Of a stretch of 64,000 nt of DNA, positions 61,887 to 64,000 are shown in pieces. Below the pieces are notes generated by a model. That model did no database searches. It was not told where the DNA came from and saw nothing but the letters and a program-made list of their open reading frames with translations. Made by a program: the position numbers and the translations under genes. How positions within the stretch are numbered: the stretch's first letter is position 1; every line of letters begins with the position of its first letter. Source of the DNA: a virus (taxonomy: Duplodnaviria; Caudoviricetes). The DNA lies in IMG/VR virus record IMGVR_UViG_3300007177_000352, positions 19,385 through 83,384 of that record; one strand, 5' to 3'.

Positions 61887-63108
61887 TAGGATAAAGACTG
61901 ACCTAGCCGCAACACTTAAAAGAGGAGAGGTAGCATTCTTGACAGGTGGCGCCGGAAGTGGTAAATCATACCTGCTAAAGAATATTGCTAAAGAGTTTGA
62001 AAATACTATCATTTTAGCACCAACTGGTATCTCGGCCTCCAACGTCGGCGGGCAAACAATCCACCGATTTTTTAGCTTCCCGTTGCATCTACAGCAACCA
62101 GAAGACGTTAATACGCGCATAAGGAATGCGAATTTAATCTGCAATCTACAGTTGCTAATCATAGATGAAATTAGCATGGTCAATCCACTTCTCTTGGATT
62201 GCATTGATTATGCAATGCAACGAATCAGAAAGGATTCCAGTCCCTTTGGAGGTTGCGCAGTGTTGTTATGTGGTGACCTAGCGCAACTGCCGCCTGTTAT
62301 CCCAAATAAACGGGGGAACGGGTTAAGTGAAAAGGACGTCCTAGCTAAACTAGGATACAAGACCACGTATGCCTATGGGTCTAAAGCATGGCAACATATT
62401 CGACACTACTTTGAACTTCAAGGGAGCTGGCGGCAGAGTAATGATGGCAAGTATTTTACTATCCTGAATCAAATTCGTGATGGCCTGCTAAATAATCAAG
62501 CGGCCTCTTTAACCAAGGCATTTGGTGAAGTGAATAAGCAGTGCATAGGGAGGAGCTTAACCACCGATTGCTTTACCACACTCGCCTCAACCAATGCCAC
62601 GGTCAGCGATATTAACGTAAGTAGGTTAAATCAGTTGGCCAGTCAAGAGTATACTTACGATGCCGAGGTCAAGGGTGAATGGGTAGATGATTTGAGTAGG
62701 GCGCCGCGGCAGTTGATTCTCAAAGAAGGAGCGCAGGTGATATGCGTTGCCAACGACCCAGAGAAGCGGTTTGTAAATGGTAGTCAGGGCAAGGTGGTAG
62801 GATTGGAGGAGAAGAAAATTTTTGTCAAACTAGACGGGCGAGATATTGAAGTATCACCAAGCCGCTGGGATAACTGGCAATATGGATGGGATGACGAAAC
62901 TGGTAAAATGTCAGTGAAGTCAGTCGGCCATTTTATTCAGTTCCCTCTGCAAATTGGGTATGCCCTGACCGTTCATAGTTCCCAAGGTCTCACCTTGAAA
63001 GACGGTGTAAGGTTTATCACCCAGAAACTGTTTGACAAGAGCCTAGCTTACGTCGCACTGTCACGTTGCCCGAGTATGAGTCAACTGAGTTTGTCACAAG
63101 CGTTATAA
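61846..63108 (+). CDS. PIF1/RecD-like SF1B helicase
   Basis: Motifs GGAGSGKS, APTG..A, TIH.FF, IIDEISM, GD..QLPPV, NG..G, QFPL..GYA.T.H.SQG.T and YVALSR. Confidence 0.93.
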   Translation: MTLPLEESLSQARDRIKTDLAATLKRGEVAFLTGGAGSGKSYLLKNIAKEFENTIILAPTGISASNVGGQTIHRFFSFPLHLQQPEDVNTRIRNANLICNLQLLIIDEISMVNPLLLDCIDYAMQRIRKDSSPFGGCAVLLCGDLAQLPPVIPNKRGNGLSEKDVLAKLGYKTTYAYGSKAWQHIRHYFELQGSWRQSNDGKYFTILNQIRDGLLNNQAASLTKAFGEVNKQCIGRSLTTDCFTTLASTNATVSDINVSRLNQLASQEYTYDAEVKGEWVDDLSRAPRQLILKEGAQVICVANDPEKRFVNGSQGKVVGLEEKKIFVKLDGRDIEVSPSRWDNWQYGWDDETGKMSVKSVGHFIQFPLQIGYALTVHSSQGLTLKDGVRFITQKLFDKSLAYVALSRCPSMSQLSLSQAL

Positions 63109-63121
63109 AGAGGATATTGAT

Positions 63122-63328
63122 ATGCACACATGCCTTAATTCCAAGTCTCCTAGCCAGAGAGATTGGTTTATACCAGTAGGTGGTCTCATGGGCCTACTGG
63201 TGTTAATTGCGGATTATTATCTGATGAATTTCGATTGCCTGCTATGGTCTCTATGGCAATTACCATTTGAGGCGTTTTGCTTCCTCCTGGTGCTGTTGGC
63301 TATTGGGAAGGCGAAACCGAACGAATAA
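63122..63328 (+). CDS. Small membrane protein
   Basis: AGAGG RBS and two hydrophobic segments. Confidence 0.45.
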   Translation: MHTCLNSKSPSQRDWFIPVGGLMGLLVLIADYYLMNFDCLLWSLWQLPFEAFCFLLVLLAIGKAKPNE

Positions 63329-63340
63329 GAGGAGATTGCA

Positions 63341-63562
63341 ATGACTTATGCTGAAATCAGAAGAGTAAAGATAGAATCGCTAGTAAGTAACTACTTGAAG
63401 ACCATGGAGTCTCTCGATACTGCGTACGCGAGTTTGGAAGCGTTTCCATTTCTACACTCTCTATTTACACAAAACACCGAGTATAATGGCTTTACTTTAA
63501 TTGATACTCTCTTTTTAAGTAAGCTGGGTGATGTGCTAAAGGAGTGTTCACATCAAAAGTGA
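63341..63562 (+). CDS. Hypothetical protein
   Basis: AGAGGAG RBS. Confidence 0.5.
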   Translation: MTYAEIRRVKIESLVSNYLKTMESLDTAYASLEAFPFLHSLFTQNTEYNGFTLIDTLFLSKLGDVLKECSHQK

Positions 63563-63568
63563 TGGGTT

Positions 63569-63736
63569 ATGACAGCCGCTATACAGATTTCAATTTTGTT
63601 ATCCATTTGGGTGTTTATGTCTCTAGGTTTGGGTCACTTCTATCTAGTATATCGTTCAATACGTGATAACAAACACCTCATTGATAAGATAGATGAGTTG
63701 TTAACTGCTATAAAGTCTTTAAAGGAGTCACAATAG
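63569..63736 (+). CDS. Small membrane-anchored protein (55 aa, not in the ORF track)
   Basis: Translates to MTAAIQISILLSIWVFMSLGLGHFYLVY...SQ*. Confidence 0.4.
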   Translation: MTAAIQISILLSIWVFMSLGLGHFYLVYRSIRDNKHLIDKIDELLTAIKSLKESQ

Positions 63737-63804
63737 CCACTCCTTTGTCTTTGAAAGGAGAGTATGGTTGATAGGTGTTAAAACTGATGCAATGTCAACC
63801 TCTT

Positions 63805-63837
63805 GACGCGCCGCTATAAACTGGGCGCGTCCTTTTT
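63805..63837 (+). terminator. Intrinsic terminator-like hairpin
   Basis: GACGCGCC-N11-GGCGCGTC-CTTTTT. Confidence 0.55.
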
Positions 63838-63854
63838 GGAATGGTGAATAGATT

Positions 63855-64000
63855 ATGAATTTTGAATTGCTACATGGAGACTGTTTGGAGTTGTTGAAAG
63901 GGTTGCCAGACGAGTCAGTGGACGCCGTGGTGACGGACCCGCCGTATGGTATCTTAACGGGTCACCGGATTGAGACCGATGTGGACATTCCTCTTCTCAT
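63855..64000 (+). CDS. N4/N6 amino-methyltransferase (beta class), 3'-truncated by the window
   Basis: MNFELLHGDCLELLKGLPDESVDAVVTDPPYG. Confidence 0.88.
   Translation, partial: MNFELLHGDCLELLKGLPDESVDAVVTDPPYGILTGHRIETDVDIPLL

Noticed and set aside
1-64000. Transposable Mu-like lifestyle, integrase/att sites, endolysin, tRNA or rRNA
   Set aside because: No DDE transposase, recombinase, stand-alone lysin or RNA gene was recognisable. They may lie outside the window.
1-64000. Stop-codon reassignment
   Set aside because: Genes are full length and tightly packed under the standard code, with TAA, TAG and TGA all used as stops.

Overview
The window is a 64-kb internal segment of a large tailed phage or prophage. 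No host chromosomal genes, integrase or att sites are visible. Its dnaN, SSB (DDDIPF tail) and sigma-54 activator point to a proteobacterial, probably gammaproteobacterial, host. It carries Mu-like head/neck genes (protease/scaffold, DUF935 portal, gpF, gp36, gpG) with a lambda-type capsid E and decoration protein, plus a non-contractile tail (tube, G/GT frameshift chaperone). The virion genes are scrambled: the terminase sits about 14 kb from the portal, and a 7,676-aa tape measure protein with SLT and NlpC/P60 domains and 16 internal repeats lies about 30-50 kb from its chaperone on the opposite strand. Replication and recombination genes are a class II RNR, dnaN, RecE/RecT-like pair, TOPRIM primase, SSB and PIF1-like helicase. 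The most striking observations are: (1) three translationally coupled [ParB-like adaptor + DNA-modifying enzyme] cassettes between the terminase subunits (GT-A glycosyltransferase, B12 radical SAM, C5 methyltransferase); (2) a phage sigma-54 enhancer-binding protein together with a mirror-symmetric pair of divergent -24/-12-like promoters centred on a palindrome; (3) a cobalamin module (PduO + NrdJ + B12 radical SAM); (4) a diverged ~250-bp non-coding element present twice in inverted orientation 42 kb apart; (5) a candidate promoter- and terminator-bounded sRNA. All family calls come from motif recognition by eye; no database searches were run.
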